Assembly (NCBI RefSeq): GCF_006345805.1 | Contig: NC_043004.1 | Coordinates: 74,400,001-74,464,000 of the forward strand | Direction: 5' to 3' | Origin: Octopus sinensis | Taxonomy: Eukaryota | DNA: 64,000 nt | Shown here: piece by piece, positions 40,407 to 54,910 of the stretch | Layout of the letters: each line of letters starts with the position of its first letter | How positions within the stretch are numbered: the stretch's first letter is position 1 | Position numbers and translations under genes: made by a program | Notes under the pieces: model-generated | What the model was told of the DNA's origin: nothing | What the model saw: only the letters and a program-made list of their open reading frames with translations | Databases searched by the model: none

Positions 40407-40480
40407 AAGTATATAAGAATATATTTAACTAAAGATATATATATATATATGTCTTTAGTTAAATATATTCTTATATACTT
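40407..40480. repeat. AT-rich palindrome with perfect 29-bp arms
   Basis: aagtatataagaatatatttaactaaaga, (TA)n spacer, tctttagttaaatatattcttatatactt. Confidence 0.9.
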
Positions 40481-40506
40481 ATATATATATATATTTATAT
40501 ACTCAG

Positions 40507-40552
<46 letters not shown>

Positions 40553-42894
40553 GAGTGTTTGTATGTATGTGTGTATATATGTATATTCTGTCTTCCATTC
40601 AATTTCTCTGAACTAAACTCATTCACAAAGCATTGGTCATCCCAGAGCTCTAGTAGGTGACACTTATTCAAGATACCACACAGTGGGATGGAACCCAAAA
40701 CCACACAGTTGAAAAACAAGCTTTTTTACCACCCAGCAACACATGCACCTATGTCATCATCATCATCATCATCATTTAACGTCGGCTTTCCATGCTGGCA
40801 TGGGTTAGACAGTCTGACTGGGGACTGTCAAGCCAGAATTCTGCACCAAGCTTCAGTCTGATCTGGGAAAGTTTCTACAGCTGGATGCCCTCTCTAAACC
40901 AACCACTCTGTAAGTGTAGTGGGTACTTCTTATGTGCCACCGGCTCAAGGGCCAGTCATGCAGCACTGGCAACACCCACACTTGAATGGTGCTTTTTATG
41001 CGCCACCAGCACAGGACCAGTCAACTAAATCAATCCAATTGAGCTCAGATGAAACTTGTTTCTCTAATACATCCGCAGCTTCTTATTAACACTTTTATTT
41101 TACTGTTGAGATTTTTTTTGTTGTTGTTTTATCATTCAATATCCTTGCCTCACTGCTTCTGTTTGTATTGTTTTCCATAATAAATTCTCATTCGTTGATA
41201 ATCATTAAATCTGTTGTTCTACATCTAAAACAATGTGGGTTTAAATTTGAACGATTTCTCCGTGTTTTCACGGACACTGATGAGAAATGAAGCGAGACAG
41301 CTAAATAAATATAGTAAAGACATATTGTCTGACAAGATAGAAACAGCTTGTACAATTATTGATGAGATTGATCAATCAGATTTAGTGCATATGCAAACAT
41401 AACAATTGGTTGAGTTCAGTGTTTCATTTTCCCTTATCACAATCGATTATTATCAATCAATTATTATCAATCAATCATTATCAATCGAATATTTTCCCTA
41501 CTGACTTCAGGAAATTGTCTTTCAGGGCCATTATTTTGTCTCCTTTTAATTATTTTATCTTGTTTCAGTCATTTGACTGTGGCCATTCTGAAGTACCACC
41601 TTAAATGGTGTTAGTCAAACAAATCAATCCCAGGACTTATTCTTTATAAGCCTAGTACTTATTCTAATGGTCTCTTTTGCTGAACTGCTAAGTTATGAGG
41701 ACATAAGCACACCAGTAACAGTGTGTCAAGCAATGTCAAGCAACGGCAGTGGGACAATCACAGACACACATGCACACAAATATGTACATATAAATATATA
41801 TGACAGGCTTCTTCCTGTTTCCATCTACCAAATCCACTCACCAGGCTTTGGTCAGCTCGAGGCTGTAGTAGAAGACACTTGCCTAAGGTGCCACACAGTG
41901 GGATTGAACCCGGAACTATGTGGTTAGGAATCAAGCTTCCTACCACACAGCCACACCTGCGCCTATGTCAATCTTTCTGAATCCAGCACATCTGATATTG
42001 TCCTTGGTTCTATGATGCAAATTTCCTTATTCTAAAATGGTCTTAATTAAAACATCTCATCAAAATCTTATGTTAATTTATGTTCCAAAGCCAGGCTTAA
42101 TAATCCTTTCTACTGTAGGCACAAGGCCTGGAATTTTGGTGGGTGGTGGGGTTAGTCAATTACATCCACCCCAGTATTTCACTGGTACTTATTTCATCAA
42201 CACTGAAAGGATGAAAGGCAATGTTGACCGTGGTGGAATTTGAACTCAGAATGTAAAGATGGATAAAATGCCACTAAGCATTTTGCCTGGTGTGCTAACC
42301 ATTCTGCCTGCTTGCAGCCTTTACCCAAACTTAATAATAACAAAGTTTTTACAGTAAATTCTTCATATTTGCAGGCGTGGCTTGTGGTTAAGAAGTTCAC
42401 TTTGCAACCACATGGCTTGAGGTTCAATCCTAAGGAACAACACCTTGGGCAAGTGTCATCTAGTCTTGACTCTGTTACTGGAGTTGCTTTCTTTCTGTTT
42501 GTGTGCATGTGTATGTGCATCAGTATGCATGTGTATACACATATGTATGTAGGCATGTATGTATGCATGTGTGTGCATGCATATATGCATGTGTATGCAT
42601 GCGTGTATATTTGTATGTATGTGTTCTGCATATTCAGTTGTTTCTGTATGCATGTTTGTGTGTGTGTGTGTATTTGCATGTGTATGTCAGTCTCCTTTCG
42701 TGTGTGTGTCTATGTGCATGAGTTTGTGTGACTTCATATTTTTTAAGTGAATTATTTACAAATCTAAATAACATCTTTAACTGAATGGTCATTGTCCAAT
42801 AAATGTTGACATATTGAAACAAGAAGACATTGACTGTGGCCATGCAGGAGCACTGCCTATAATCGAACAAGTCAACCCAGGACTTATTTTTTGT

Positions 42895-43377
42895 CATCAT
42901 CATTGTTTGACCGTGGTCGAGACAATGGAATTTACTATGTTACGCCAGACTTCATGGTCCATCATAGCATTACAGAGGTCCTGTTGCTGGATGCCTGTAT
43001 CCCTGGAAATTACATCAGGGTAGGAGAGTGTGCGCCCTCTGGTATTGCGAGCAGATGGCTTCCAGAGGAGAAGAGTAGAAATTACCTCGTTTTCAGCTCT
43101 ACAACAATGTCCAGAAAACTGGACTCTTCTACCTTTCACAAGAGATGATACAGGTGGTAGTTTCCCATATATTTGTACTTTGGTTGGATGATGCTTCCAT
43201 GAGAGATTTTGAGCTCTCATAAGAAGGTGATTATAAGTTCCATCCAACCGCCTCTCAAGCTTCTTTGATAACGTCCAGATTTCTGAGCCATATAGTAGAA
43301 CTGGTTCGACTGTGGCTTTGAAGATTTTAAGTTTGAAATCTCTACTTAGATTTGATGACCAGATCTTATGCATATCA
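42895..43377 (-). mobile_element. 5'-truncated RTE-clade LINE inserted in a family A SINE
   Basis: ORF 42900..43373 (KLKIFKATVEPVLLYGSEIW...GHCCR); (ATG)n tail; short TSD tttgt splitting the SINE at tttgt^aag. Confidence 0.85.
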
Positions 43378-44849
43378 TTTGTAAGTTTAGTACTTATTCT
43401 ATCGGTCTCTTTTCCTGAACCGCTAAGTTACAGGGACATAAACACACCATCACCAATTGTCAAGTGATGGTAAGGAGATAAATACAGACACACACACACA
43501 TATATATACAGTGGGCTTCTCTCAGTTTCTGTCTGCCAAATCCACTCACAAGGCTTTGGTCTGCCCAAGGCTATAGTAGAAGACACTTGCCCTAGGTGCC
43601 ATGCAGTGGGACTGATCCCAGAGCCATGTGGTTCATAAACAAGCTACTTACCACACAGCCACTCCTGCACCTATCCACACAACCACTCCTGCACCTATTT
43701 TTTATTATATTTTTTTATTATTACATCTTTTTTATTATGTCTTTTATTATATTTTATTATAATTTTTTAATTATATCTTTTTAACATATGGTTAGTTTAC
43801 AGATTTGATTGTTTAGGAAATTAAATAAATATTCAAGTGAAATATATTTGTCTATCAAACATGGATAAGTTGAGAGAAGAAAATTGCATATTTATTGCTG
43901 TCTATAACTATTTATAACTTTTTATGTTATAAATAGACATCATTTAATTTGTTACTTAATTACTATCATACCAAACAAACTTAATTATCAGGCAGTGATT
44001 TGTCTCTGCAATGATTGGAATCCCTCCAGTTTAGAATTCAATGTGAATGATTGAATTATAATCTGTTATGTTACTGACCACACCCAAAAACACAGAAATG
44101 CATCTAACATTCTCACCAGCTGCTGCTAGGCTGATATTTGTCTGTCTCTGACATGTGTGTTGCGTGTGTGTGTGTGTGTGTGTGTGCGTGTGTGTGCGTG
44201 CGTGCGCGCGCGCGCTGTGTTTTTGACCCGGTACATCCAATACAGATATTGTCTCTGGATGAATATCACACTAAAATTGCTTTCAGTGTTGTAAAAATGG
44301 TTTTAACCTAAAATTATGAATGAAGATTTCAGTTTGAACATGAATTCTTTGAAATGAATTATTTCATATCATAGAAACATGTCAGTCTCAGATAGGTTGC
44401 TACCAAAAGGGTCAATGTGACAATGGGGAAGTCTTAATGAGATTGTTACTCAAAGTTTCATGTTGTTAGTAACAGCAGTCAAATCACCATCAAAATCACT
44501 CCCAACCACCTTAAATGAAGAAAGGACACACATTTTAGGGGTATCTAGAATTAGGGTCATCGTTTGTGTTTCTGATGTGAGAGGAACAGTCATGGATTAG
44601 ATGTTATCTAAATGAAAAGTGAACACAATAATGTTGTCTAAGTCTGAAATAGCTTTTATTCAACCTCAAATTCATGTGACTTCATTTCGTTTGTTAAACA
44701 ACCCTTGATTTAAACACTAAATAATTTATTAATAGATATTGCAATACACATGACTGAAGCTGTTGTTTTATGTGCCAAATAGAAAAATAGGTATGTGAAT
44801 GAGTATATGAATGTAGTGTATGTATGTGTGTATGTATGTATGAATGTAT

Positions 44850-44913
<64 letters not shown>

Positions 44914-44917
<4 letters not shown>

Positions 44918-44961
44918 TAATACCTCAGTTTTCGAACAACTCTGATCGTGAATAAATCACG

Positions 44962-45032
<71 letters not shown>

Positions 45033-45182
45033 TAGATATATATATAAAGTATAATTTATTTGTGATCAGAGGCATTCGTAAACCGAGGTACTACTGCATT
45101 AAATGAATAGGAGAAAGACAGGAGATAAAAGTATGGTTTATTCGTGATCAGAATTGTTCAAAAAACCAAGGTTCTGCTGTAT
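44914..45182. mobile_element. Tigger-like MITE with an extra right end
   Basis: cagtaatacctc ... gaggtactactg (~45097), then a second right end aaccaaggttctgctgta. Confidence 0.6.
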
Positions 45183-45420
45183 ATCATTGCTATTATGTTA
45201 AATTGTTGTATGCCCAAATTTGGCCAAATGCGTTTTTTTATCAATATTTATTTTTGATTGCAATAACCAGTTCTTTTGGTCAAACTATCGTATCTCCAGC
45301 TGCTTCAGATGCCAAGATAACAAAAATTGTCAAAGTGTTGTACAACAGTTTTGCTATGGAATGGCGAAACTATTTTTACGTTTTCTGAAAAAGCTATGAC
45401 ACTTTTGCATAACAGCAACA

Positions 45421-45502
<82 letters not shown>

Positions 45503-45520
45503 TGTCTATCTATTTATCTA

Positions 45521-46041
45521 CCATAAATCTTCGAGTATAATCCGCATTTTTTTCCAAAAATTTAAAGGTCAAAATCCCTAGTGCATACTATATACGAGGT
45601 TAAAAATGAAAATTATTTTCTAATCAATGTCCGAGTCTCTATTTGCTGTCCGGCAATGTTTATTCAAACGCATTTTGTGATGTCGGGCACGAAAATACCT
45701 TAAGCTAAGTCTGAAAGCAATGAAGTCATAAAAGAATCATCCATAACTTGCAGTAAGCAACATTTATTAAACGTTATTACTGTTATTACTGTTATTTCTT
45801 TATTTTCTGCGAACAAAATGCGCAAAAAAGCTACACGTTTGCATTATGTTATATATACAATAATAATAAAGGATGTTACCATATACAGTTTTACAAACCA
45901 AGGACGTTATATAGACCTCCTTGACTCAAGTTAGAGAAGGGGTGTATATTATACACAAGGTTTAGGTTTTTCAGAGGTACAGTCCCCTAAAAATCCCCTG
46001 CATATTATACTCAAGGGCCGACTATACTCAAGGATTTACGA
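45521..46041. mobile_element. Second copy (inverted) of the 16043-16574 MITE
   Basis: TIRs ccataaatcttcgagtat and atactcaaggatttacga, with CpG to CpA/TpG changes relative to the 16-kb copy. Confidence 0.85.
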
Positions 46042-46284
46042 TATATGTATGTGGTATGTATGTATGTATTTAAGTTCACACCCACACTATACACACATTG
46101 TGACACATGCATATATAATTGTGTATGTATGTGTAAGTGTATGTGTGTGTGTGCATGTGTGTGTGCATGTATGTGTGTTTTATATGGGAAGATACATTAT
46201 AGAAGTATTCAATAATTGCTCTTTAGAATGTCTGTTGAATTTGTGAGGGTCTCATACATGCACACATACACACACCTATGCAAC

Positions 46285-47190
46285 GAACATATACACAACA
46301 AAATCTGGCCAGTTGTGATTTAACTTGGTGACTGTTTTAATTCTGAAGTTCCACCAATATCCTTTTGACCCGTCAGCCTCAATGTGGTCAACTTTAGGTG
46401 TCAGTGTTTTCCCTTTTGTTATCCCATTCCAGACTGTTCTGTCTGTCTGCCTGTCTGCATGTATGCCATTGTTCAGTTTTATTTCAAGATTTCTTGCCAA
46501 TATAGAAAGAACCAGTTTCTAACCCAGATTTCACCTGCCTCAACAGGTCTTCGCAAGCAGAGTTTAGTGTCCAATGAAGGAAAAGTATGCATAAGTGGGC
46601 TGGTTACACCCCTGGAATAGGCCATGAGGTTATGGTCTCATTTGGCTTGCCGAGTCTTCTGAAGCACAGTATATTTCCAAAAGTCTTGGTCACTAGTCAT
46701 TGCCTCGGTGAGGCCTAGTGTGTATGTGTGTGTGTATGTATGTATGTATGTATGCATGTATGTATGTATGCATGTATGTGTGTATGTATATATGTATGTG
46801 TGTATGTATGTGTGTATATATGTATGTATGTTTTGCTTTACGTCTATATTCTCCTGCATATAGTTGCATATCTAGACATTCTCATATATATTTAAATGAT
46901 AAACTTCTAGAAAGTTTTACAGATTTTTACAGTTCCAGTGATGGATTGGATCTGTAGTCTTCAAATTAGCTTTCCGCTTTCTGGTTTTGAGAAGCCTAAT
47001 TTCTCAAAATTGGTATTTAGGCAGTGTGTTACATATCTCAGGGCCCCAATAATTGCAGGTATAAACCTGAATTTGTAATCTGGATAGAGAAACTCCAGAT
47101 TCCTCAATAGTTCAGCATAGGTATTCTCTTTTTCACTGGGCAACTATTTTCTACAGCTGTATTTAGTTTCTCTTCTTTATCCCAAATCAT
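46285..47190 (-). mobile_element. R4/Dong-like RLE-domain fragments embedded in (TATG)n
   Basis: YWWNFRIKTVTKLNHNWPDFVV (46290-46400); IWDKEEK...EKENTYAELLRNLEFLYPDYKFRFIPAIIGAL (46960-47190). Confidence 0.7.
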
Positions 47191-47519
47191 GTATGTATGT
47201 ATGTATGTATGTATGTATGTATGTATGTATGTATGTATGTATGTATGTATGTATGTATGTATGTATGTATGTATGTATACATGTATGTATGTATGCATGT
47301 ATGTATGTGTGTATGCATACATGCATGTATGTATGTATATGTGCATGTAAATGTGTGCAGCTTTGACTGCTGTTTCTAGTAGGATATACAACCATATAAA
47401 GACTACTGCTTTGGCTCCTGTCCTCATTAGTTTTTACTGCTTGTTACAAAACAGTTTGTATTAGAATTCCAAAAACAAAGGTGATGGTTCTATGCTGGTA
47501 TTGGTGACATGATGGTGCT

Positions 47520-47650
47520 TGTGTCACATCAGTGCTGGGGCCACATCAGTGCTGGTGCCACATCAGTACTGGTGCCACATCAGTGCTGGTTCCATGTTAG
47601 TGCTGGTGTCATGTCAGTGTTGGTGCCACATCAATGCTGGTGCCACGTAA
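47520..47650 (+). repeat. 17-bp minisatellite (ccacatcagtgctggtg) x~7 in an RTE-tail-related repeat
   Basis: Seen directly; followed by tgccacgtaaaaag...aagggcat. Confidence 0.8.
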
Positions 47651-48021
47651 AAAGTACTCAGTCCAGTTTGTAAAGTGAAGGGCATTTAGCCGTAAAAACC
47701 ATGCCAAAACAGACAGTCAAGCTTGGTCCACTTGAAATACAGACAACCTCCACACAGTTACTGAGTACCAGGTATTACTCAGATGAATTTGGCCAGAAAA
47801 AATCATCTGCTTCAGGTGTCACACAATGGTATCAATCCTAGAATTCCATATTTGCAAAATGAACTTCCTAACCACAAAGCTATGGTTGTGCCTACAACTT
47901 TCTATGTGTTTAATGTGTGTTATCTTACATCTGTTGTAAAATTAGCTTATCTTAAAACAATTTATCATTTCATTCTTCCTTAATAGCACCTGTTACGATT
48001 AGTTACTGTCAAAGTTCCAGC

Positions 48022-48229
48022 ATGCTGCTGTCAATTCTGTCAGTGCTAACAGCTGTTTCAACTTGCATCATACCAGCATCTGGGCAGCAAACATGTCAGA
48101 CTGAAATTCTACAGAACAGTACAGTTGATATTGACAAATATTTAAACAACGAACTTCACATTCTTGCTACATTCGCCACACTGCCCCCAGATGCTCTTTC
48201 AAATTGCATACTTCGATGTTGTAATCAAA
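48022..48229 (+). CDS. MANSC/MANEC-domain mucin-like protein, coding exon 1 (signal peptide and N-half of the domain)
   Basis: Acceptor tttcattcttccttaatag ending 47986; MLLSILSVLTAVSTCIIPASG|QQTCQ...NCILRCCNQ; donor A|GTAAGT, phase 1. Confidence 0.85.
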
Positions 48230-48569
48230 GTAAGTAGATATTTTACTAATGCGCATGTTTTATTCTGTTGGTTTCTTTTCTTTTTTGGTGTTTTTTTGGG
48301 GGGATGGGGGCATTCTACATTTTGTCTACTACATAAGTATGATATGCAAAGAAGATCATTAGAATATTCACGTATGCACTCAATACATATGCATGTATAT
48401 TGTGTATATGTGTGCATATATACATACATCTTAATGTGTGTGTGTGTGTGTGAGTGTGTGTGTGTTTGTGTTAAAAAGCATCGGAGTCTATTCATTCAAG
48501 TAAAAATTCTTCAAGGCACTCTCCCAGTGTGACTGCAATCTAATGACGGAAACAAGTAAAAAGTATATA

Positions 48570-50830
48570 TACGGGTGGCTTGTTAGAGCTATACAAGCCA
48601 TGCACAGTGATGCTGTCTGTAAGGTGAGAGTCGGCTATGAAAGCAGTGATGAATTTAGCGTACAGGTAGGGGTTCACCAGGGCTCAGTTCTCAGCCCACT
48701 CTTATTCCTCCAGGCCATAACAGATGAATTTGAAACTGGGTACCTGTGGGAACTACTATATTCTGATGACCTTGCTCTTATTACAGAATCTTTAGCAGAA
48801 TTGGATAAGAAATTCCAGGTATGGAAACAAAACCTGGAATTAAAGGGCCTTAAAGTCATCCTAGTAAATACCAAAGTTGTTGTGTTGTTGTCAGTAAGAA
48901 AGAAGATAAAACTCTCTTTCCATCTGGTAAATGGACCTGTTCTGTATGTAGGAAAGGAGTTGGAAGAAATTTAATTCGCTACACCCAGAGTAATCTATGG
49001 ACATATAAGAGGTGCAGTGAAATCACAGGTAGATAAAGTTGTTTTTGTATGTGGCAGATGTGCAGGAACAATAAGCATTAAGAGCACACAGGAATTAGAT
49101 TTTCTCAAATACCCAGAAGGCTCTCTTGAGGTTGTGGATAGTTTCTGTTACCTCGGTAACCAAATTAGCAATGGTGGAGGATGCTCTGAAAGTGTTACTT
49201 CTAGAATAAGAATAGGGTGGAGGAAGTTCAGAGAGCTATTACCTCTGTTGGCAACAAAAGGGTTCTCTTGCAGAGTGAAAGGGAGACTGTATGATGCTTG
49301 TAGGCAAACAGCTTTACTCCATAGTAGTGAGACATGAGCGCTGAATGCTGAAGACATGCATAGACTGGAGAGAAATGAAGGCAGTTTGCTCCGTTGGATG
49401 TGCAACATCAGTGCACATGTATGACAAAGTGCACATGTACTGAGAGAAAAGTTGGGCATAAGAGGAATTAAATGAAGCATGCAAGAGAGAGGACTACATA
49501 AGTTTGGACATGTGATGCATATGAATGAGGACAGCTGCGTAAAAAGTGCCGATCACTGAATGTGGGTGGTACCCATAGAAGAGGGAGACCCAGGGAGTCG
49601 TGGGATGAAGTAGTGAGGACCACTCTCAGGATGTTGGGCCTCATGTAGGAAATGACAATGGACTGGTGATACGAGGTTCTTGAGAAGACCCACCCATGTC
49701 ATCAAAACTGAGTTCTAGAAGTGCTGTGTGTCCCACCCACACTTAACAAAAAAAACTTTTCACACACCCTACCACAACAAACTAAACTATATCTCTAAAT
49801 CTCTTCCCTTCCTCATATTTCCACTTCATGTACTATGCTTACCTCCCACTCCCCAATCCTGTCCTCTTGGTCTTGTCTCACTGTATCATTGCTATCCACA
49901 AGCCCCCCCCCCTCCGACCTGTATGTTCTACCCATATGTAACAAGAACAATTTTCACACACCCTACCCAAACAAACCAATCTACATCTACATTTCCTCCT
50001 TAATGCACTATCCCTACCTCCCACTTTCCAATTCTGTCATCATGTACCTGTTTCTCTGTATCATTGCTATCCTGTAGCCCTTCCACTCTATACATACCCA
50101 GGTTTTCACCACTCACCTCTGCACTTTCTAATCATGCTTCTTTCACAGTATCCCGCCACTTAGTTTATGATGTTTGAACCTCAAGTGTATGCCCTGGCCC
50201 TTGCCACCTTCTATATATCTCTCTCTCTTCTTTTACTCAACCATCCCATTTATATTCTGATCCCCATCCTTTGTGAGTATGCTTGGCACTTTGCCACCAT
50301 CTCTATCCTGCTGCCTCCCTCTCTCTCTCCTTCTCCTGCTCTCCCATCATGTTAGATGACCAGGTATTTCCTTTGCTGCAGCACACCTATTCTGTCTTCA
50401 TTCCTGATCTCTCTCTACAGCAAGACACCTGTGTCTGTCTCTCTCTTTCACTATAACCTTTCATCATCTTACACAAGACCACCTCCTCCAATGGCCCCTC
50501 CCCTCTCAAAACATTTTTTTTGTTTTGCAAGGTACTTGGTGACCCTGTCAGTGCAGGTGTAACTTAAAAAGCATCCAGTCCACACTGTAAAGTGGTTGGC
50601 ATCTAGAAGGGTATCAAGGTGTAAAAACCTTGCCAAAGCTGACCTCACCTGTGCTTGTACCATGTAAAATGCACTCAGTCCGCTCTGCTGAGTGGTTGGT
50701 CTAAGGAAGGGCATTCCGCTGTAAAATCCTGCTGAAACAGTCGTAGAAGTCTGGTGCAGCTTTTTGCTTTTCTATGCATGCCAGCATAGAAAGCGGACGT
50801 TAAGCAATGACGATGATTATGATGATGCAT
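48570..50830 (+). mobile_element. 5'-truncated RTE (BovB-like) LINE in intron, RT pseudogene plus 3' UTR
   Basis: VGVHQGSVLSPLLF, WELLYSDDL and DSFCYLG motifs with stops; tail ...cggacgttaagcaatgacgatgattatgatgatg. Confidence 0.88.
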
Positions 50831-51572
50831 GTGTGTGTGTGTGTGTGTGTGTGTGTATGCGTGTGTGTACACAGATATATATATACACATAAATATATAT
50901 ATTCATTATTCATAATTTAAAGGACCATGGTTTACACATTTGTGTATAATGGAATAAAATTTGAAATAAAAAAATTCTGATAGAATTTTCATGTGATAAA
51001 TAGATATAATGTTAAACTTTTCGCAAATGTTCTCAAAGTATCTCAAAGAAAAACATGGTAATCACTTATTTCCAATAATAATAATTAAATAGAGATGATA
51101 GAGAAGGAGGTAAAAGAGAGAGAGAATGTGTGTGTGTGCTTTCGTCCATGCACCCATGCGTTTTTTGCAAGGAAAGAAACTGAGGCTAAGATAATGAGAG
51201 GAAAAGTTATTCAGATAGAGAAAGGGAAACACTTATTGAAATAGAGGAGATAAAAAAGATGGGAAGAGTGGGAGAAGGAAGTAAGAGGTTAAAAACTGCT
51301 ATCTTGCAGTGAATGCAAAACAGTTTTCTGATTGAATCACATAGATGAACCTTCTATAATAAAGAAACTTGAAAACCACATTTTGAAAAAAATATATTAT
51401 AATTGAAATTTTTAAGAATTTCAAAACAGTGTACAATTTAATAATTTTTTAATAGAAAAATTATCATTTCTAAATGATAATATTTATTATAGCATATATG
51501 TGTCATTAAATACAGAATTTGTTAAACAATTCTTACTGTTCAGTAACCAAATGTTTTGTTCTATATTTTTAG

Positions 51573-51809
51573 GTAACTGCTCATTGGCCATTCATAATGC
51601 CACTGATAACCATACGTGCACTCTGATTCATTGTGTATCTGAAGATGCCTGTAAACCAATTCCATCTGATGGGAGTGAAATGGTAAAAACTATTAGAAAT
51701 AACATCACAACCACAGAAAGTTTATCTGAAAACCAAAGTCAGACCACTGAATCAACTTCGGATACTTCCACAACTGCATCTGGAATCGGTTTGTCAACAA
51801 GTAGCAGAG
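51573..51809 (+). CDS. MANSC-domain protein, coding exon 2
   Basis: Acceptor tatttttag; SNCSLAIHNATDNHTCTLIHCVSEDACKP then a Ser/Thr-rich run; donor AG|GTATTT; 237 nt, phase 1-1, in frame with exon 1. Confidence 0.87.
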
Positions 51810-52944
51810 GTATTTATTCATTCATTTATACTTATATAAGGTACAGGCATGGCTAATTGACCAACTATGTGGTTTCATGTTCAGTCCCACTGCCTGGTAT
51901 CTTGGACAACTCTCTTCTACTGCATCCCTAGACTGACCAGAGCTTTGTGAGAAGATTTGGCAAAGAGAAAAAGGAAAGATGCCTGTCAAATGTATATATA
52001 TAAAATACAAAGTGCACAGTTATATCTTGAGATAGCTAGTAATAACAATACTCAAAATATAATACAGACTGGAGATGTAGTGCTCCAAATGAGCTATAAT
52101 CTACTTCTTAATTTGAGCGGAGGCAATGCGAGTAAGAACTAAAAGAACAGGATCTCACCAACAAATTCAGGAGTACTTTTCTTATCAAAATGATCAGAGT
52201 GAGTTTTCTGAGATTCAGTACCTTCATAATCACCATTAGACTCAACTAACTCTTTCTAAATCCTCAGCGCAGTGCAGAGGATTCACACCCAAAAACTCTA
52301 AAATGTTCATATTGGAGCTTCCGGTGTGAATGACACACAGTACAGCATGCCGTTTCCAAATTTCTGGCAGAGTTAATTGCATTATGGTGATATTTTTCTC
52401 ACAGATGGTGCCCAGCTGATCCTACTATACTGTGCAGTTGACAAAATCAAGAACAAGCAATGCACATGCACAAAATTAAAAATATAAAATAACGACAATT
52501 TACCCATTGCACCCTGAAAATTTTGTGTGTGTGTGTTTATGCATATGTGTGTATGTGTTTATGCACATGTGTGTGCGTGTGTGTGTGTCTTCCACACAAA
52601 TAATGATGGGCAATGGCAAAATATTACCTTGTTTGGTAAGAGATGAGAGTTAGTGACAGGAAGAGCATCCAGCTGTACAAAATCCATTTCAGCAATTCTC
52701 TCTGACCCATGCAATCAGGGAAAAATAAACATTAAATGGTGACGATGGTGATTGTTTCTTTGAGATCAAGCGCTTATGTTACATATTACTAGTGTGTGGT
52801 TATGAAGTCAATTGAGCAGCCAAGTGGTTTCGGGATCAATCCCACTCCACACCACCTTTGGCAAGTATTTTCTACTATAGCCCTTGACCGACTGACACTT
52901 TGTGAGTGAATCTGATAGATGGAAATTGTGATGAAGGCTGGTGT

Positions 52945-52979
<35 letters not shown>

Positions 52980-53042
52980 CTTTATATCATCATCATCCTT
53001 GCTTAACTTCTGCCTTCCATTCTGGCATGGGTATATATATAA

Positions 53043-53075
<33 letters not shown>

Positions 53076-54858
53076 TGTATGTACTTGCACCACATAAAAA
53101 GCACCCTGTACACTCTGTGAAATGGTTGACATCAGGAAGTACATCCAGACATACAAACCATGACAAAACAGACAATTGGAGCCCGGTGCCACTCTCTAGA
53201 TGGCCAGCTCCTGTCAAACAATCCGATGCATACGAGCAGAGGGAAAGCAAACATTAAATGACGATATATATATATATATCACTAAAGTGAACAAGGGCAC
53301 TAATCAGCACCAGTATTGGTAGAAATGAGAGTCAAAACAACTTAATAACCAACAAAAGTATTATCTTAATGAGCTAACAAGAGAAAGAAGCTCCCTGTAA
53401 TCATAGATACGACCAGATCATCAATTTTTAATACTCATCAGTGGCTCTCACCATGCTTAGAGTCAAACTCATCTCACCTTGTCAGCTTATAGGATTTCTT
53501 ATTTCTTTACTACCCGTAAACTTACTGGTTTGGCAAAAGAGACCAATAGAATAAGTACTAGGCTTCCAAAGAATAAGTCCCGGGGTCGATTTGCTCGACT
53601 AAAGGTGGTGCTCCAGCATGGCCACAGTCAAATGACTGAAACAAGTAAAAGAATAAAAGAGTAAGAGTTTACAATTGTGCTAGGTAAACTCTATTGTGTT
53701 GTTATACTTGTCATCAATCATTATTCATATATTTGTGGAGTTTTTTGGCCTCCAATACACCTCAAGTCATTCGATACATGATGAAAAACCTTGATATTTG
53801 TTCTCCTGCAGCATGTATTTTAAGCAACACTAATTAATGTGCCAAGAGGTCTGTTTAGTTTTAAGACATTTGTTTAACTTCACATTTGACTACTATTTCT
53901 AGCAGAGCTTCCTTTATTTGCTTGGTCCGTCAATATTCCTGTCTTAACAAACTGTTATACTGCTGTTTAGTTATACCTTACATCCAGATGTTGCCTTAGA
54001 TTAAAACACTAGATTTGATGTAAAATAAATAAGACATTGCAATCAATAGGAATTAAAACAATGTGTTTACTTTGAACAAAATCCTTAGCAATGTTGATTT
54101 AAAAAAAGAAATAATTGCATTGATTATTCTATTTGTATTAGGATAACATAGAGGGAAATATGATCGTGAGTCAGTTTTGATAATGTAGATCTAAGCAATG
54201 GTATAGTAATAGTTTGGATTGTGTTGTGTGCTAAGGCGGCGAGCTGGCAGAAACGTTAGCATGCCGGGCAAAATGCTTAGCGGGATTTCGTCTGCCACTA
54301 TGTACTGAGTTCAAATTCTGCCAAGGTCAACTTTGCCTTTCATCCTTTCGGGTTCGATTAAATAAGTACCAGTTACGCACTGGGGTCGATATAATCGACT
54401 TAATCCATTTGTCTGTCCTTGTTTGTCCCTTCTGTGTTTAGCCCCTTGTGGGTAATGAAGAAATAGATGTTACATACCTTTAACTACAAGGTGTCAGAGT
54501 GAGATGAATGGGTGCAGCTGACTGGACATTCAATCAGTTTGGGCAACTGTACTTTTTAGTACTGCAGGCACACACACACACACACACACACACAGATACT
54601 AAGAGGAAGAAAGAGAGAAAGTAAAGGTGGAAGGGAGACAGTGAAAGAGGGGGAAGGAGAGAGAGAGATATATTAAAACGTCTGATGTCAAGTAGGTCAG
54701 CCTCAAATCAGCAACACCAAATATGTGGTGTCAAAATGGCTGTGCCAGAATGCCTCATGCCCTTAAAGTAGCCACCCTGTACATAAAGTAATTACCCTTC
54801 TATATCTATGAAGTGAGGCTACTATGTGGAACCACACTGCCTTTTATATTGTGTGTGT

Positions 54859-54910
<52 letters not shown>

